Source: Octopus bimaculoides (taxonomy: Eukaryota). Taken from it: a stretch of DNA of 64,000 nucleotides. A program made the position numbers and the translations under genes. Positions within the stretch are counted from its first letter, which is position 1, and every line of letters begins with the position of its first letter. The notes below the pieces were generated by a model. It made no database searches and was not told the DNA's origin. It worked only from the letters and a program-made list of their open reading frames with translations. Below are positions 50,581 through 63,779 of the stretch, one piece after another. Where the stretch lies: assembly GCF_001194135.2 (NCBI RefSeq), contig NC_068985.1, positions 85,641,555 through 85,705,554 on the forward strand, given 5' to 3'.

Positions 50581-53479
50581 ACACATACACATTTATATGT
50601 TCATGGATTCCTAACGAGGCTTACCCAAATATCAATAATTACATAGACTTAGATATAAACAAACAGTTGAAAAACCTCTCTGTAACTGTTCTTCACAGAA
50701 AAATCTAAAAATCTGTTCTATCGACAAACCACTAACAGCCCATTATCAGACAAATGGTAAGCGTTGCTGCTATCAATCTCTTCCATCATTGTCTAACGAC
50801 ACACATTCACTGATTTTGATTAAAAATAGGGAAAAAAAATTGCTTTTCTTGATGAAATTTATATTTCTGGTAGAGTAATTAATATTTTCCCTCCATTTAC
50901 TGACTTGTTATTGTTTTTGTTGTTGTAATCTTCTGTTCATTAATCTCAGTGTGAGCAAAAAGGAAATAAACAAAACTTGAGTTACATTAGGTTTAAGTGA
51001 ATGGACGATTTAGATCCATCTTTGGTTTGTTTGATAGTCTTTGACTTGTGATTTCCATCAGTTCTGTTGTTGATTTAACAATGCAATGTCAGATGACTTG
51101 TCTTGGGCCCTCAAGTGCTGATGACATCATTAGGATATCATTGTGACTTATAGTGTACCTTGGAAGTCATCCCTCTCCATAGCTGACCATAACCAAGAGA
51201 GAGAGAGAGAGAGAGCAGGAGAGAGAGAAAGAGAGAGCAGGAGAGAGAGAAAGAGAGAGAGAGAGGAATAATTGACTCCAGGATAGGACTGGTACTTCCT
51301 TTACTGACCCTTAAAGACAAAATTGACTATGGTGTGATTTGAACATTGGTATGAATACTGAGGGTTAGAATAAATGCTGCAAAGTAATTCTAGCTGACAT
51401 TCCAGCAAACTCATCAATGTTATCATGGGAGATGTGATGGGAATGAAAACGAAAAAAATTACTTACATTAGATTTGTTCTGAGAACCTCAAAAGCTGTTA
51501 GGCCTACACATTGTAACAAGACATTGAGTGTTTCATATAACAATTTGAACATGTTTTCTACTTTCTTTGACAAATTTTCCATGAAGTGGCAAACTTCAGA
51601 TCTCATTTTGGAATAGGACTCTAGTCTACAGGAGACAACTTCATCCATAACAGAACTTGCCACTACAAGCTCACTGAGAAATTTTACAAATGTGTAGGTG
51701 ATGCAAGACTGAGGTATATTCAACCACTCTGAGATACTTATTGCAACCTTTGCATATTGTCTTGTTATGTCTCCTTCTTGACAACGGTGACGCAATGTAA
51801 ACTATGTTCTTTTTTAGCTGGAAAACTGTTTTATAACTGATTTGCCCATCCAGGGTCATCACTGAGATCTTATAGACAAGATTAAAGTCACCTCTATGAA
51901 GTCATTCACCCTGCTAGAAATACCAGCCAAATTACACCTTACCTATTTCTTACCAACTTTCCTCTACCACCATGATTATGGCCTCTCTTCCTCAGACATG
52001 ACCACTCTCATGTCACCTGTGTCTTGTTACTACTAACCCGCTCATCTCTCTTCATCTCATTACCTATACTGCATCTAATGACCCCAACCATGCCCTGTAC
52101 TAACCCCTATCCTTAGAACTCACCCTTTCATCATTCTCCTTGCCCGTGTCTTCCCTACAGAAACATTAATGGCAACAATCCTGCAAAAGTATGGCATGGA
52201 GACACATAATGGATATTTGGATTCACTCTATCTGAAAGATGGCATGGTCACAGATGGAGTGTCTTTCGTTAACAACCAAAGAAGAGCTGGAATTGAATAA
52301 CAACAACAACACCCTGCATCCCCACCCCAGCTGCCAGCACCTACCATGTCCAGCATTTTCGGCTAAGATCAAATCAAAGTCTTCACAGCCAAATATTCCT
52401 CCAGAACTAAATCTGTTGGATACCATTTCCTCTCTTTTTAACATTCTTCCCTAGCAGTTTCCCCATGTTAGCACCAGTGCATCAGTATACCTCTTCTTAT
52501 ACCACACAGCCTATCTGTCTAATCACAAATTATGCAACTAGTGCATAAAGAAAATTAAATTGTGCACTAAAAATATTGAATATAGGAGATACGTGGTGTA
52601 GCCTTTCCATGCATCTTTAAAACAAAAACAGTACTTCATATAATTCAATCAGAAATTTCTTTTCCTAAAAAAAAAGCTCATAAAAACATGTGGATACAAA
52701 GTTTTTTTTTCCTGTAACTATAACATCCAGGCCAAAATTACGTTTAATATTTTCTGGCTTATATGCACTAAAGAATTCTCTGGAATATTTTCTTTTTTGG
52801 TTGTCAGTAGAAAAGAACTTGTGCATTGTAAAATTTTGCACAGATAGACCATTAAAAAATAAGAAAAAGAGATAAATAAAATGCTACTTTTTTCTGTTAT
52901 TTTTCCTCTTTTCTTTCTGAAAATTTTCATATTTCTATATGAACTTTTGGATTATCTCAAAGTTAGTGCAGTGGGTTTCAGTCTGAGATGAAATGTAATA
53001 TGCAGGCATAGTTTTAATAGATAATGCACTCTATCAATCATTTTTATACTTTCACATTAAATGGTAAATAACATACACACTGGCACACATACATATGTAC
53101 ACATATACATACACATACATATATACATACAAACATAAACACATGCATATATGTGTATGGATATATGGATCTTCAATCAATGGGGATCTTAGCTACTAAA
53201 TCCATTACAGTTTTGTGTAACTCAACAAGGGAACCTGTACACAGTTGAACTAGAATAGCAAAAATATCTCTTGAATTCCACCTTACTGTTTAAATAAAAG
53301 AAAGAAAATATTGGACAATGAAGTTGAGGGAAATATAGAAAAATATGGGATGGGCAAGGTTGGAACCCTTTTAATCACTAGACAGCTTGCAGCAGTTTTA
53401 CTGACTCCAATATTATTCTTGTTCCTGTGCTTTGGCGGTTTTGTCATTACAACAAGGGAGCTAAGAACTTGAATGGATA

Positions 53480-53920
53480 TATGGGATGAAGTGGTGAAGC
53501 GTGATCTCTGAACATTGGGCCTTACAGATGCAAATGACCAGTGACCGAGATCTTTGGCGATATGCTGTAGTTGAGAAGACCTGTCAAGCCAAGTAAAATC
53601 GCAGTTGTGGCTGATGCTGGTGTCACATAACCAGCACCCGTGCAGGTGGCATGTAAAATCACCTTTCAAGCATTGAACCTCACAGAGTTAAAGTGGTTGA
53701 GCTCCTTTTGAGTGTTGGACCTCACAGAGGCAATGACCGAGACCTTTGGCATTATGTTGTGCTTGAGAAGAGGACCCATCAGAGAAGGGCATCCAGCCGT
53801 AGAAACCATACTGAAACAGACTGGATTCTGGTGCAGCCTTCCAGCTTGCCAGCCCTGGTCAAACTGTCCAACCCATGCCAGCATGGACAATGGACGTTAA
53901 GTGATGATGATGATGATGAT
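53480..53920 (+). mobile_element. RTE LINE 3' end (ORF C-terminus, UTR, (GAT)n tail)
   Basis: WDEVVKRDL*TLGLTD / MTSDRDLWRYAVVEKTCQAK* is a typical RTE C-terminus. A second copy of this ORF-end sequence lies at about 53718-53772. Confidence 0.85.
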
Positions 53921-53930
53921 GACGTATGTG

Positions 53931-53965
<35 letters not shown>

Positions 53966-54277
53966 NNNNNNNNNNNNNNNNNNNNNNNNNNNNNNNNNNN
54001 NNNNNNNNNNNNNNNNNNNNNNNNNNNNNNNNNNNNNNNNNNNNNNNNNNNNNNNNNNNNNNNNNNNNNNNNNNNNNNNNNNNNNNNNNNNNNNNNNNNN
54101 NNNNNNNNNNNNNNNNNNNNNNNNNNNNNNNNNNNNNNNNNNNNNNNNNNNNNNNNNNNNNNNNNNNNNNNNNNNNNNNNNNNNNNNNNNNNNNNNNNNN
54201 NNNNNNNNNNNNNNNNNNNNNNNNNNNNNNNNNNNNNNNNNNNNNNNNNNNNNNNNNNNNNNNNNNNNNNNNNNNNN

Positions 54278-54345
<68 letters not shown>

Positions 54346-54719
54346 AAGAGGAGAAGGTGTATATTATTGTGGATTTGTGTATTCAAATTGCAGGCACAAA
54401 TGAAATGTATAACATAATGAAACAAAGTCATAAAGATCAATAAATTTATGTATTAAAAGATATATCGATAGATAATTAAATTAAAGTGAAATAAGCTTAG
54501 TTTGCAAATAGCTGTGGATGCTACATTTTTTATCTTTTATGTATTACAGAACAAAGGCTGTGGCCATGCTGGGGCACCACCATTATTCATTTTGCTTTGG
54601 TATTAGGTTTAAATGCTTATCAGTATTATGAGAATAGACAAATACATCAGCAGGAGGGAAAATAGATATTCCAGTGTGCTTATGTACACCATGGAATTTC
54701 CATGAGTCCTGCTATTATT

Positions 54720-54945
54720 AAGGTGGTGAGCTGGCAGAATCGTTAGCACACTGGACAAAATGCTTAGAAGGGTTTCACCTGCCGTTACGTTCAAATTTCG
54801 CTGAGGTCAACTTAGCCTTTCATCATTTCGGGGTCAATACATTAAGTACCAGTGAAACACGGAGGGTCGATGTATTTGACTGATCCCCTCCTCCAAAATT
54901 TCAGGCCTTGCACCTATAGCAGAAAGGATTATTATTATTATTATT
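54720..54945 (+). mobile_element. Full-length tRNA-derived SINE (10355 family) with an (ATT)n tail
   Basis: TGGCAGAATCGTTAGC (A-box-like), CGTTCAAATTTC (B-box-like), family core and tail AGAAAGGATTATTATT. ATTATTAA occurs on both sides. Confidence 0.88.
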
Positions 54946-56084
54946 AAAACTCTTGGCTTATTGTTGATATTTTCTATCAGTTTCTACCCTTGATTACATA
55001 GTAGTGAGAGGAGAATCCCTGGAGTCCTGGTGATGGTGAGAACAATTTAAGGGTCCCTGCATTTCAATGATTCTTTATTGCCTGTTTTTGACACAGGGAG
55101 GGAATTAGCTGAGAGTCAGTAGAGCATCCAGTTGGCTGGAATAATTTGCAGTATTTGTTTCAACTCTTTATTCTGGGTTCAAACCTAGCTAATGATAACT
55201 TTGTTTTTCTTCTTTTAGGGGTTTAATAAAGTGGTAACCCAGAACAGTTGAGTGGTGGTATTGTTAGAATGTGGGTGGAGACATCTAGGAGGATCTGCCA
55301 AGGAGCAGAAAATAAAAGAAAGAACAAAAGAAACAGGGAGTAAAAAAAAAGAAAAAGAGAGGAAGCACTTATTAACATGATAATTAACCCCTGCTGAGCT
55401 TTGATTATGCACCCCATTGGTTATCATAATTAATCCCTTAAATCATGGTTTGCTGTTTAGTTCCAGGTGAGCCCTAATTATATGTCACTGACCCAATCAA
55501 TGTTATTCCATTCCTTTCCATTCACAAACTACCTGTTTTTTTTTCTTTTTTCACACAAAACCTTTGAATGACAATATCTGATGAGTTCTTCTCTTATTAA
55601 GATGGTAGAATGTGATTTGAAGTAGATTAAGCTGCTCTTTCCCTGATAGAATCATTGGAGCATTAAACAAAAATACTCCCCATTATTTGTTTTAGCTTTT
55701 TGCATCCTGACTTCAAAATTTTGTTGACAGCAACTTTGTCGTTCATATTTCTTTGATTGATAAACTGAAACAGCATTCAAGTACTTTCAATGCAACCAAC
55801 TGACCCTAAACCCACTGGAAATTTGGGGTCTTCAGCATCGTCACCATTATTTTTAAATACCACTTTTCAATGCTTTTATGGGTTACATGAAATTCATTAA
55901 GGCAAATTTCCTATGGCAAGATGCCTTTTTTTTTGTTGCTGGCCCTTACCTATTCCCAAATAAGGCAATATTTTCATATAGCCATTGAAAATGAAGGACA
56001 CCACTTGCATGATGGTGGCGCTCGTTTACAACTATCAAGCAATATCAAGACAAGGAGACACTAACATACACACACACACTACAT

Positions 56085-56240
56085 TTACAGCAGATTTCTT
56101 TTAATGTCTGTTTACGATATCCCCATACGATGCTTTGGTCAACCAGGGGCTATAGTAGAAGACACTTGCCCAAGGTGGTGCACCATTGGATTGAACCAGA
56201 AACCCTGAGAAGTCAACTCCTCAAGCACATAACCATGCCT
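56085..56240 (-). mobile_element. CORE-like tRNA SINE
   Basis: GCTTTGGTCAACCAGGGGCTATAGTAGAAGACACTTGCCCAAGGTGGTG...TTGAACC...CCATGCCTACA, the inverse of 3319-3480. Confidence 0.8.
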
Positions 56241-56988
56241 ACATCTTATAAAAGAAACTACATTCATGGCGACTGCTGAATCTTTTCCTTTTACTGGTGT
56301 ACATCTATTGTCCTCACATCTGTGAAACCAAAGATAAGGAGGAGGAGGAGCAAGAGGAGGAGGAATTTTTTTTTTCATAATCCTTTGTTCCCATAATTGT
56401 TTTTGCAAGTGAATGCCGTTCCTCTTGCTAACCACTGAACCATGTGAATTAGTAAAACCCTTATTATTACTTAATCTTAAATGAGGGCCAAATGCAGCAT
56501 AAAAGAACAAACAGAAAACAAGAACCCAAGAAAGCCGCATTGAACCAAAAAAACAACAATAACCGATAGAAAATTCTATGAAATAATGTCATAGTTTAGG
56601 TGGACTAATTAACACCTCATCAAAATAAGTGAAATTTAGCATAGCAATTAGCATAACGAATGTTGCACACAAATGAGATACAATGCTTCATCTGTTTTCA
56701 AAGAACAATCAACAGTTTTCGATTAAATGTTAAGTATTTCACTGATATTTTCGGCACACGCAACCAAATTTATTCTGATGTTGTGGTGTTTTTATTCATC
56801 TAATTAATTAGCATATTGAAAAATGTAATATAATAGAATTGATAAAAATAAGATGATGATGTTCATGATGATGATTAATAAATAAATAAATAAATAAATG
56901 TTACTATCTCCCACTTGGGATATTACTCTTTTAGTAATGCAAACAAAGTAACAGGAAAAAGCTATAAATGCACGTTGGTGTGTGTGCA

Positions 56989-57026
<38 letters not shown>

Positions 57027-57169
57027 TATACACACATGCTATATTTTGATATGTTTGCGTATGTCTGCATTTATACATGTTTGTGTATCTATCAATCTCT
57101 TTATCTTTATTCTCTCTCTCTCTCTCTCCCTATATAAATACAATATATACAATATATATATATATAGGT

Positions 57170-57410
57170 GCACCATTCTTGTGTGGGTCGTTGCCTGTGC
57201 CGCCTGACTGGCTCCTGTGCTGGTAGCACGTAAAAAGCACCCACTACACTTGCGTTAGGAAGGGCATCCAGCTGTAGAAACATTGCCAGATCAGATTGGA
57301 GCCTGGTGAGGTCTCCTGGTTTGCCAGTCCTCAGTCAAACCGTGCAACCCATACTAGCATGGAAAACAGACGTTAAACGATGACAACGATGATGACGATG
57401 ATGATGATGT
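57170..57410 (+). mobile_element. RTE-type tail with one tandem unit
   Basis: GCCGCCTGACTGGCTCCTGTGCTGGTAGCACGTAAAAAGCACCCACTACAC followed by the standard tail. Confidence 0.8.
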
Positions 57411-57587
57411 CAAGGTGCAGGAATGGTTTTGTGGTACGTAACCTGCTTACCTGCGAGATACCTCCTCATCTGCCATGACCATGTAACATGTGGTTGACCA
57501 ACACCAGCCATTAATCCAACTGGATTCTCAGTGAAGAGAACATGGTAAGCAGGATCTAATCAGAAAATCAGGCAACATGGGCAAACA

Positions 57588-57632
<45 letters not shown>

Positions 57633-57764
57633 ATGTATGTATATATGTATGTATGTATGTATAGATATAACATACATACATACATAACCTATGCCTGCAT
57701 GGTAAAAGGGACATTAAATGATGATGATGCACTCAAATTTGTAAGCATCCCATATTTTGTTATA

Positions 57765-57900
57765 GGTGCAAGAGTGGCTGTGTAGTAAATAGCTTGCTTA
57801 CCAACCGCACGGTTCTGGGTTCAGTCCCACTGCATGGCACCTTATAGCCTTAAGTCAACCAAAGCCTTATGAATGCATTTGGCAGATGGAAACTGAAATA
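57765..57900 (+). mobile_element. CORE-like tRNA SINE, internally deleted
   Basis: GGTGCAAGAGTGGCTGTGTAGTAAATAGCTTGCTTACCAACC...GGGTTCAGTCCCACTG...GATGGAAACTGAAA. Confidence 0.8.
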
Positions 57901-58418
57901 AGTTACCAAAAGGTAAGATAGTCAAGGCAGGAATGCTTTTGGTGATAGACTTTCCAGATCAGAGCTGACCAAGGGTTGATCACCGACAATCAATCTCAAT
58001 AAACAAATCAATAATTGCTACTTGAAAGTAAACACCATGAAAACAGACATTTTAATTTTGCTTTCTAACAAATATGGTGAGTTTGTGAATTTCTGATTGA
58101 TGACTGTAATATATCTTGGTCTTAGAGGAAGACATGACAAAACAGTATCAATTTTACAAACTGAATAGACACTTCAATATTAACCAATAATATCAGGAAA
58201 TTCTTTACCATTTACCAGTCTAACATTCTTATTAACTCCATCTGGGTTTTAAAAACAGAAATAACTATTGTAATTCTTTCTTGCTTTCTTTCTTTTCTCC
58301 AAAATAACACAACAAAAATTAAAGAATCTTTTAAACTATTGAACTCATAATATTGCACAGAAGTCTGTCATTAAAAGGACATTCTTCATATTGGATCAGT
58401 TCCATTGGTCAACGATAA

Positions 58419-58455
<37 letters not shown>

Positions 58456-58870
58456 TCATCATCAGTTTTTGTCTTGGCATTAGTGATAATAAGTTTATTG
58501 TATACAGTGATCAGGTACAAGTCATTAGAAAAGGTTGAAAGAAGGGACAGAGAGCCGACCAATAAAGTCAAGAAAGACAGCAATGAAAGCTAAAAGTGCA
58601 CAGAAAAAAAACAAAAAAAAACAGAAAAAGAGTGGAAAGTGATAAAGAGGAAAGGGTGGACATAGGTATGGCAGGGGTATTTTTGGGTAATTTGGAGAAG
58701 TAGAGAATCTTTGAAGGATACAAGTGTTTTGACAGCTAACAAGTGATGTGGTTAGTTACATCGATGTTTTGACAATACTGAGTATGAAATAAAGACTTCC
58801 AAAACCCTTCACTGTTGAGATTGCAGACCATGTGTAAACCACTCAATTGTTCTGTGAATAACCAAAGAAT

Positions 58871-58936
58871 ATTGGTAGATCTTCTCTGATGAGGGGGTAA
58901 TTATCCCTGAAACCAATCTATAAGAGGATTTCCAAT
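58871..58936 (+). ncRNA. Minimal type I hammerhead ribozyme-like motif, probably a decayed copy
   Basis: Stem I pairs ATTGG(T)AGATCTTCT 58871-58885 with AGAGGATTTCCAAT 58923-58936. Core CTGATGA is at 58886-58892, near-palindromic stem II GGGGGTAATTATCCCT at 58893-58908, and GAAA at 58909-58912. The cleavage triplet is ATA (58920-58922) with a C-A mismatch in stem III. Confidence 0.55.
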
Positions 58937-59089
58937 TATGTTTCTATTTAATGCAGAGAATAATAGAATATCTCCACATTGTCTGCAATCTCTATAGAGA
59001 TGTCTCACAAATAAATAATGGCAGATATATTTACATTACACATGGCTTGGGTATTCTGAATAACATTGTATTCTATATAATTATGTATT

Positions 59090-59134
<45 letters not shown>

Positions 59135-59194
59135 TATACACATCTTATCACTTCAGTCTTGCTTTGTTCTGAATTCAATCTTTGATTTAATATT

Positions 59195-60270
59195 ATTATT
59201 ACTGTTATTATTATTATTATTATTATTATTCAGTAGTCTTACTTTTATCATGTGCTTTCACTGCACTACTGAGCATAGCTCTGTGTGCCCTGGGTATGTA
59301 CTGTGGTTTGTTGTAGTGCTCTTATTTTCACTGTATTGAAAGTGTTTTACGTAGGATGTGTGCGGTGCCTAGTAGTGCTATTTTCTGTATGTTATATATA
59401 CTTGTAAGTCCTGGTGTTTTTGTTATGTATTTGTCTGAATGTTTTTTTTTTATCATACCTATCATATGAATTGTTTCTGTTTTTTAGACTCCACATTCGA
59501 GTTAGCTCTATTTCCAGATCTTTGTATTTTGAAAGTTTTTCAGTTTCTTTTGGAGAAACATTTTCATCTGTTGGTATTGATACATTGATTAGATAGCATT
59601 TATCTTGGTGATCTTTGACAACTATATCCAGCCTATTGGCCTTAATTTCTCTATCTGTGTGTATTGACATATCCATTTTCTGTGACCTTTTCTGGCATGT
59701 GCCTCTACTATCTTTTTTCTGTTGTTATTCCATAGTGTTGACATAGCTTTCAGTGTATATAGGTCCCAACTCTGTCATGTCTGTGAATATATTCCTTCAT
59801 AGCCAGGATTGGGCAGCCAGAGACAATATGATTTATTGTTTCTTCTCCATCACCACATATTCTACAGTTACTTGTATTTCCTTTCATTACAAGTTTTCAG
59901 TAATTTCTAGTAAGAAGGCCTTGATATTGTGCTACAATTAAAAAGCCTTCAGTCTCTGCTTTGAGTCCTGAGCTTCTCAGCCATTGTAGGGATTTTGCTT
60001 TGTTAATTTCTTTTCTGTTTAGTTTAACCCAATATTTGCCAAGAAGGGGCTTTTCTTGCCATCGTTTTATCACATTACATTGCTGTTCTGGTTTTAGTTT
60101 GGATTTCAGTTGTTTTACAACTTTTGTTGTTTCTTCTTTTTCTTCATAGTTGTTAGGTAGTATGACTTCTTTTTTGTATTTGTCAGCTTCCTTAAAGACT
60201 GAAAAACAGTTTTTTGTTTTGTTCATGTTTTGTGGCTATTTTCATTAGTTTTCCTTGCTTCTGAAGTGGG
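59195..60270 (-). mobile_element. R4/Dong-type LINE 3' portion (about 1.07 kb), the best-preserved copy here, with an (AAT)n tail
   Basis: RWQEKPLLGKY...WLRSSGLKAETEGFLIVAQYQGLLTRNY, then the CCHC knuckle CRICGDGEETINHIVSGC, HRHDRVG, REL domain IKANRLDIVVKD...YLINVSIPTD...KLSKYKDLEIELTRMW, 3' UTR and (AAT)n at 59195-59230. Confidence 0.93.
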
Positions 60271-60282
60271 TATTTCTGTAGT

Positions 60283-60314
<32 letters not shown>

Positions 60315-60317
<3 letters not shown>

Positions 60318-60440
60318 GCATACACAACAGTGCAAGCTATGGACATATAAGAGGCACAGCATTGGAATTACAGGAGGGTTAACAGAGACAGCAGACTTTG
60401 TTTGTGGCAGATCTGCAGGAGCAGTAAACACTTGGATGGT
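60315..60440 (+). mobile_element. Probable RTE LINE internal fragment with a Cys-rich (PHD-like) segment
   Basis: Translates QQCKLWTYKRHSIGITGGLTETADFVCGRSAGAVNT, resembling the C..C..W.HK.CS...FVC..C motif in some RTE ORFs. Recognised from memory, not by search. Confidence 0.45.
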
Positions 60441-60541
60441 TTAAAAGTGGGATTTAAACTCTGAGCAAATACCACAAGGATCTTGATTTAACATTCAAAA
60501 AGCTCCATCAGTTTACTGCAAAAGTATTAAAATTGCATCAA

Positions 60542-60793
60542 TTAACCCTTTTGGTGCCAACCAACCCGAGACCATTTCTTGATCTCTAAGACTTAAATCA
60601 TTTGTTTTAAAGTCTTTATATTTGAATTGTTACAAATTCTATGTAGAAGTGTTTATTTTTTATATTCCAAATACCAGCTTATAAATAGCAGAGTTAGTTA
60701 TTTCACTAAACATCCCTAGAGTCAACATTATTTTCAAACTTCCCTGAAACAAACAACTTATTTCATAAAAAATATGGCAAGAAAAGAGTTTAA
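60542..60793. mobile_element. TTAA-flanked piggyBac-type MITE
   Basis: The left end TTAA-CCCTTTTGGTGCCA and the right end TGGCAAGAAAAGAGT-TTAA are imperfect inverted copies (12 of 15 match). Internal sequence is shared with 61353-61560 and 63780-64000. Confidence 0.65.
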
Positions 60794-61352
60794 AATAGGA
60801 AAACTACAAACTGAAATTTTAACATCTTGATAACTATTCTTTTATTCTTTTACTTATTTCAGTGATATGACTGCGGCCAAGCTGGAGCACTACTATGTTT
60901 CATTTATTGAATAAAGACGTATTTAACAATTTTTTTTTGTAATTTCTATTAATATATTTCATGTCTAAAATATATAAATACCATTTCTCATACATTTTTC
61001 TGACTTTATGTATAAAATGAGCCAAAATATTTTTATTTGCTTGAAAGTGTACTGAGGGTATAAAAGGTCTGAGAACTAATGGCACAAAGCTAATAAACTG
61101 TCAACACATTAGTTGTAAGTTCAAATCCACAGCTTGTCTTTCGATTTGCTTTTTCACATTCACAGTTTGTTCAGTGAATACAAATACACATTTTTGTAAA
61201 GTAAAATCAAGCTGATAAAATCTAATGTTTTATTTTAGACAGAGGATGTTGTACCATAACTTCCATTTTAGAATTTTTTATAAAGAAGTTAAAAAAACAC
61301 CAGCATCAGTCATTGCTGTTACCAACATCCTCAACATCCTGTTGTTACTAGT

Positions 61353-61560
61353 TTAACCCCTTTTGTTATCAACCAGTTCAAGGCCTCTCCTGGTTCTATG
61401 ATGCAAACTTGCTGTTTTAAAGGGATCCAAATTAAAACCTTCCATCAAAATTTCTATGTTAATCTATGTTCCAAACACCAGATCCTTAACAAAGTTCTTT
61501 TACTCAATTCTTCAGTTTCAAAATTAATTGAAACAGAAATATGGTAACAAAATGGGTTGA
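61353..61560. mobile_element. TTAA-flanked piggyBac-type MITE
   Basis: ACCCCTTTTGTTATCA versus the reverse complement of TGGTAACAAAATGGGT matches at 14 of 16 positions. Flanks are TTAA and TTGA. Confidence 0.75.
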
Positions 61561-62884
61561 TGTCCATTTTCCCACTACCCCTGCCCTGTGACACATTTCC
61601 ATCTGTTTGAAAACTTCAATACATTTTTAATAGCTTTCTAAGGTTTCATCTTTCTCACCCAAAGTCTTTTTCACCTTCCTTCTATTCTCTGTATCAAAAC
61701 TTTGTAGCAGCTTCCTAATCAACATATCTTACTCTAACATACGCCTCAGTATTTATTCCGTTACTGTAACTAAAGCCTCGAACCATTTTAATATTCACTC
61801 TCGTTCAACTTCTCTTCAAAACATTGACGATACATTATTAATCTATTTTATTCCAATTCCTTCAGGCTGTTTTTTACCTCCACATGCGCATTACATCAAC
61901 CACTCTTTGTTGCCAACAGAAGCAGTCGTTCACTACTCACCTACGTTCCTTACACTCCATGCACAACACATTCTACAATTACTGCTTCTAATGAAAATAC
62001 TCATTCCTCACCTAATATGAGTCCCAGATATGTAAAAAAACTAATAAAGTCTGGTGAATTTAGTGATGGAAACTTTTTAAAACATTTCAATTGAAGTCCA
62101 TTTGTTAGATTTAAAATTTCTTTCTGAATCTTTTTGAATTTTTTGTAATGTAACCTAAATTTTAAACATACAAAAATTAAAAAAAGATCATTTCTAATTT
62201 TTTTAGAAGAGCTTTCAAGACTCTAAACACTTTGCCTTGCCATGAAATATATATACATATGTATATGTGTGTGTGTGTGTATGTTCAGACCCCCCCATCT
62301 GTTTGGTATGTTTTATCATACGATACCAAGATACCTTGGTTTTTGCATTTTAACTGAATTAACTTTTACTGGAACAGGCCAAACCATGACCACCCACCCT
62401 CCTCACATTCCATTATCACTGATGATGGAAGAACAGAGAACAGAATTTACCCGAAGATGATGATGATTCAAAGTTGTTACCTATGATAAAAGTCACTTTT
62501 CAACTATTTATCCAAATCTAGCATTTTCAGAGTACATTTGACTGTTGATCATGTGACTTCATCTAAAAATAAATCTAGAGTTATTTGCTCTTTGTTAAAT
62601 GCATTTTATGAAATACCCCCCCCCTCCCCACCAACCTCAACGTTTCTAGTTTTCCATCGAAACTATGTTTTGCTATAATTTTTTATTCCATGTTCAGTGT
62701 GTAACTGAACTTATTCCTATGATCTTCTTCTTTTTGCTGTTTCTTTCCAATTTTCATTCATTTAACATCTTTTCTCTTCCATTCCAGCATCAGTTTGGAT
62801 GGAGATTTCTTGGAGTTAAGATTATTCTGCTGGATTTTATTCCTCTCATTAGTTCATACTTGTTTCTTTAAGAAAAGCACACAC

Positions 62885-63030
62885 CTGGCTGCATGGTCAA
62901 GTTGTTTGCTTCCCAACCGCATGACTCAGTCATGGGTAAGTGTCTTTTACTGAAGACATATGCTGCAGGTGGATCAAAGCACTGTGAGACGATTTAGTAA
63001 ACAGAAACTAAAAGAAGCCAGCCATATGTA
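62885..63030 (+). mobile_element. Degenerate CORE-like tRNA SINE, with an inverted copy at 63300-63420
   Basis: TGGCTGCATGGTCAAG...TTCCCAACC...GGGTAAGTGTCTTTTACT...GAAACTAAAAGAAGCC. Confidence 0.7.
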
Positions 63031-63779
63031 CATAAGTTTATGTGTGTGTACGCACATACACACATCTTTTTTGTATGTATTGTATTTATGGTTCAAACTC
63101 CAGCCACTTTCTCTCCTCTTCTACCCCCGCCTCCACTACTCCATACCCTCCCCTGTATTCATACCCTACTCTTTCCCATCTGGGTAACCTCAGGCTTGCC
63201 TTCCCCTCACTGTTCTTGCTGCTCTCATCCTCTGTTTATATTTATTTCTGTACACATGCATATATAAATGGGCTTCTTTCAGTTTCCATCAACCTAATCT
63301 ACTTAAAAGGCTCTGGTCAAACTGGGGCTAAAATAGAAGACACTTGCCCAGGGTGCCATGCAGTGGGACTAAACGCAAGACCACATAGTTGAGAAGAAAG
63401 CTCTTTATCAAACAGTCATACCTGATGATGATGATGATGATGATATATGATGAAGTTCAATTCATAAATATGGAACTGAAACACCAGAAGTGAAGACATT
63501 AAAGTATAATCACCAAAGCAAGTATTTCCGACACTCACATGACAACAAACAAATGCATTATGGGATTCTTCAACGACAAGAGTGTTGTCATCTCCAATGG
63601 TATCATTGACTTTATCAACAAAGTAATGATGGAGCCTTTTAGACAATTGTTCTACCTGCAAGAAATAGCAGCTAAACCCTCCTCAAATAATATGTTACCA
63701 TTTTGAAAGAAACAAATGGAAGGATTACTATGGCTGGATTCATTTTAATTATAGATCTCATCTATTACAGCTGAAAGGG

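Noticed and set aside
50941-50960. Adjacent miR-216-like (TAATCTCAG) and miR-87-like (GTGAGCAAA) starts
   Set aside because: Only 9-nt matches, with no mature-length identity and no hairpin.
54720-54800. tRNA-like A/B boxes as possible tRNA genes (also other SINE heads)
   Set aside because: No complete cloverleaf, and the sequence continues into a SINE body and tail.
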